This document shows positions 63,495-64,000 of a stretch of 64,000 nt of DNA, piece after piece. This DNA is from Penicillus capitatus (lineage: Eukaryota; Plantae; Chlorophyta), in the NCBI GenBank assembly GCA_965649825.1, contig OZ287702.1:1106786-1170785 (forward strand), written 5' to 3'. The notes below the pieces were generated by a model. It did no database searches. It was not told the origin of the DNA and was given only the letters and a program-made list of their open reading frames with translations. The position numbers and the translations under genes were made by a program. Positions within the stretch are counted from its first letter, which is position 1. Each line of letters starts with the position of its first letter.

Positions 63495-64000
63495 ATGAAG
63501 ACAGGAACTGCGCGATCCCTTTTGCCTGGCAGGGCACCGAGATGGCGTTATGTGGAAAGAGCCCCGCCAGCGCGTCGAAGGACTGGAGTCGTTCGCAGCG
63601 GTGGTGGTAATTTGGACGCTCTGCTGAATGAGATCCTCGAAAAGCACCAAAGCCTCTTCGGGGAGGCGGAAGATGGAGATGGTGAAGAGGAAGAAAGCGC
63701 AATGAAAAGGATGCTGATTGAGAACCAAGACTATGCAGATCGACAAGATGTATGGCCCGATGGCCAAGACGATTCTGAATATATACGCGTGCCACCTTTG
63801 AACATTGTATGCTCAGCCAGATGCCTGCCAACAGTAAAGATATCTCCTGTGTTGCCTCAGGGACCTGACCCGAAAAAAGGATCCATCGGGCAACAGGTCA
63901 GTTTTGATTATCAAAAGGCGATGCTCACAGATGCAGTCGATCCCGATCACATGCGTTACTGGTTCACGACCCCACCTGGTGGTCCATCACGTTGGGAGGT
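63495..64000 (+). CDS. 5' part of an unidentified spliced gene with a transit-peptide-like start; runs off the right edge
   Basis: MKTGTARSLLPGRAPRWR... followed by an acidic exon (EAEDGDGEEEE...YIRVPPLNI) and GT-AG introns. Confidence 0.4.
   Translation, partial: MKTGTARSLLPGRAPRWRYVERAPPARRRTGVVRSGGGNLDALLNEILEKHQSLFGEAEDGDGEEEESAMKRMLIENQDYADRQDVWPDGQDDSEYIRVPPLNIVCSARCLPTVKISPVLPQGPDPKKGSIGQQVSFDYQKAMLTDAVDPDHMRYWFTTPPGGPSRWE

Overview
This is eukaryotic nuclear DNA from a compact green-algal (chlorophyte) genome. It uses the standard genetic code, has very short (about 30-60 nt) GT-AG introns and TGTAA poly(A)-type motifs after several stop codons, and encodes many plastid-targeted proteins. 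A narrower lineage such as siphonous Ulvophyceae is only a guess. The right ~37 kb (27-64 kb) is a dense run of housekeeping genes: FBA, AHA1, a Rieske protein, an RSH, DNAJB12-like, a SAP + D-Ala-D-Ala-ligase-like protein, GMPP, SAFE1-like SET, an ankyrin protein, plastid pyruvate kinase, GPDH, RCC1, PPD1, fused GlyRS and a ZIP transporter. The left ~27 kb is an accessory island. It holds a beta-helix surface protein, an NLR-like STAND-TPR gene, and an RT relic interrupted by a solo LTR. It also holds two ~1.5-kb direct repeats, each carrying a membrane-anchored TenA-fold gene with substituted catalytic residues. These repeats bracket broken Dicer-like pieces and a CpG-depleted multi-gene element whose main spliced ORF has about 22 in-frame stops (mostly TGA) and no frameshift. 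All family assignments are from motif recognition by eye; no database searches were run. Multi-exon coordinates are approximate gene spans.
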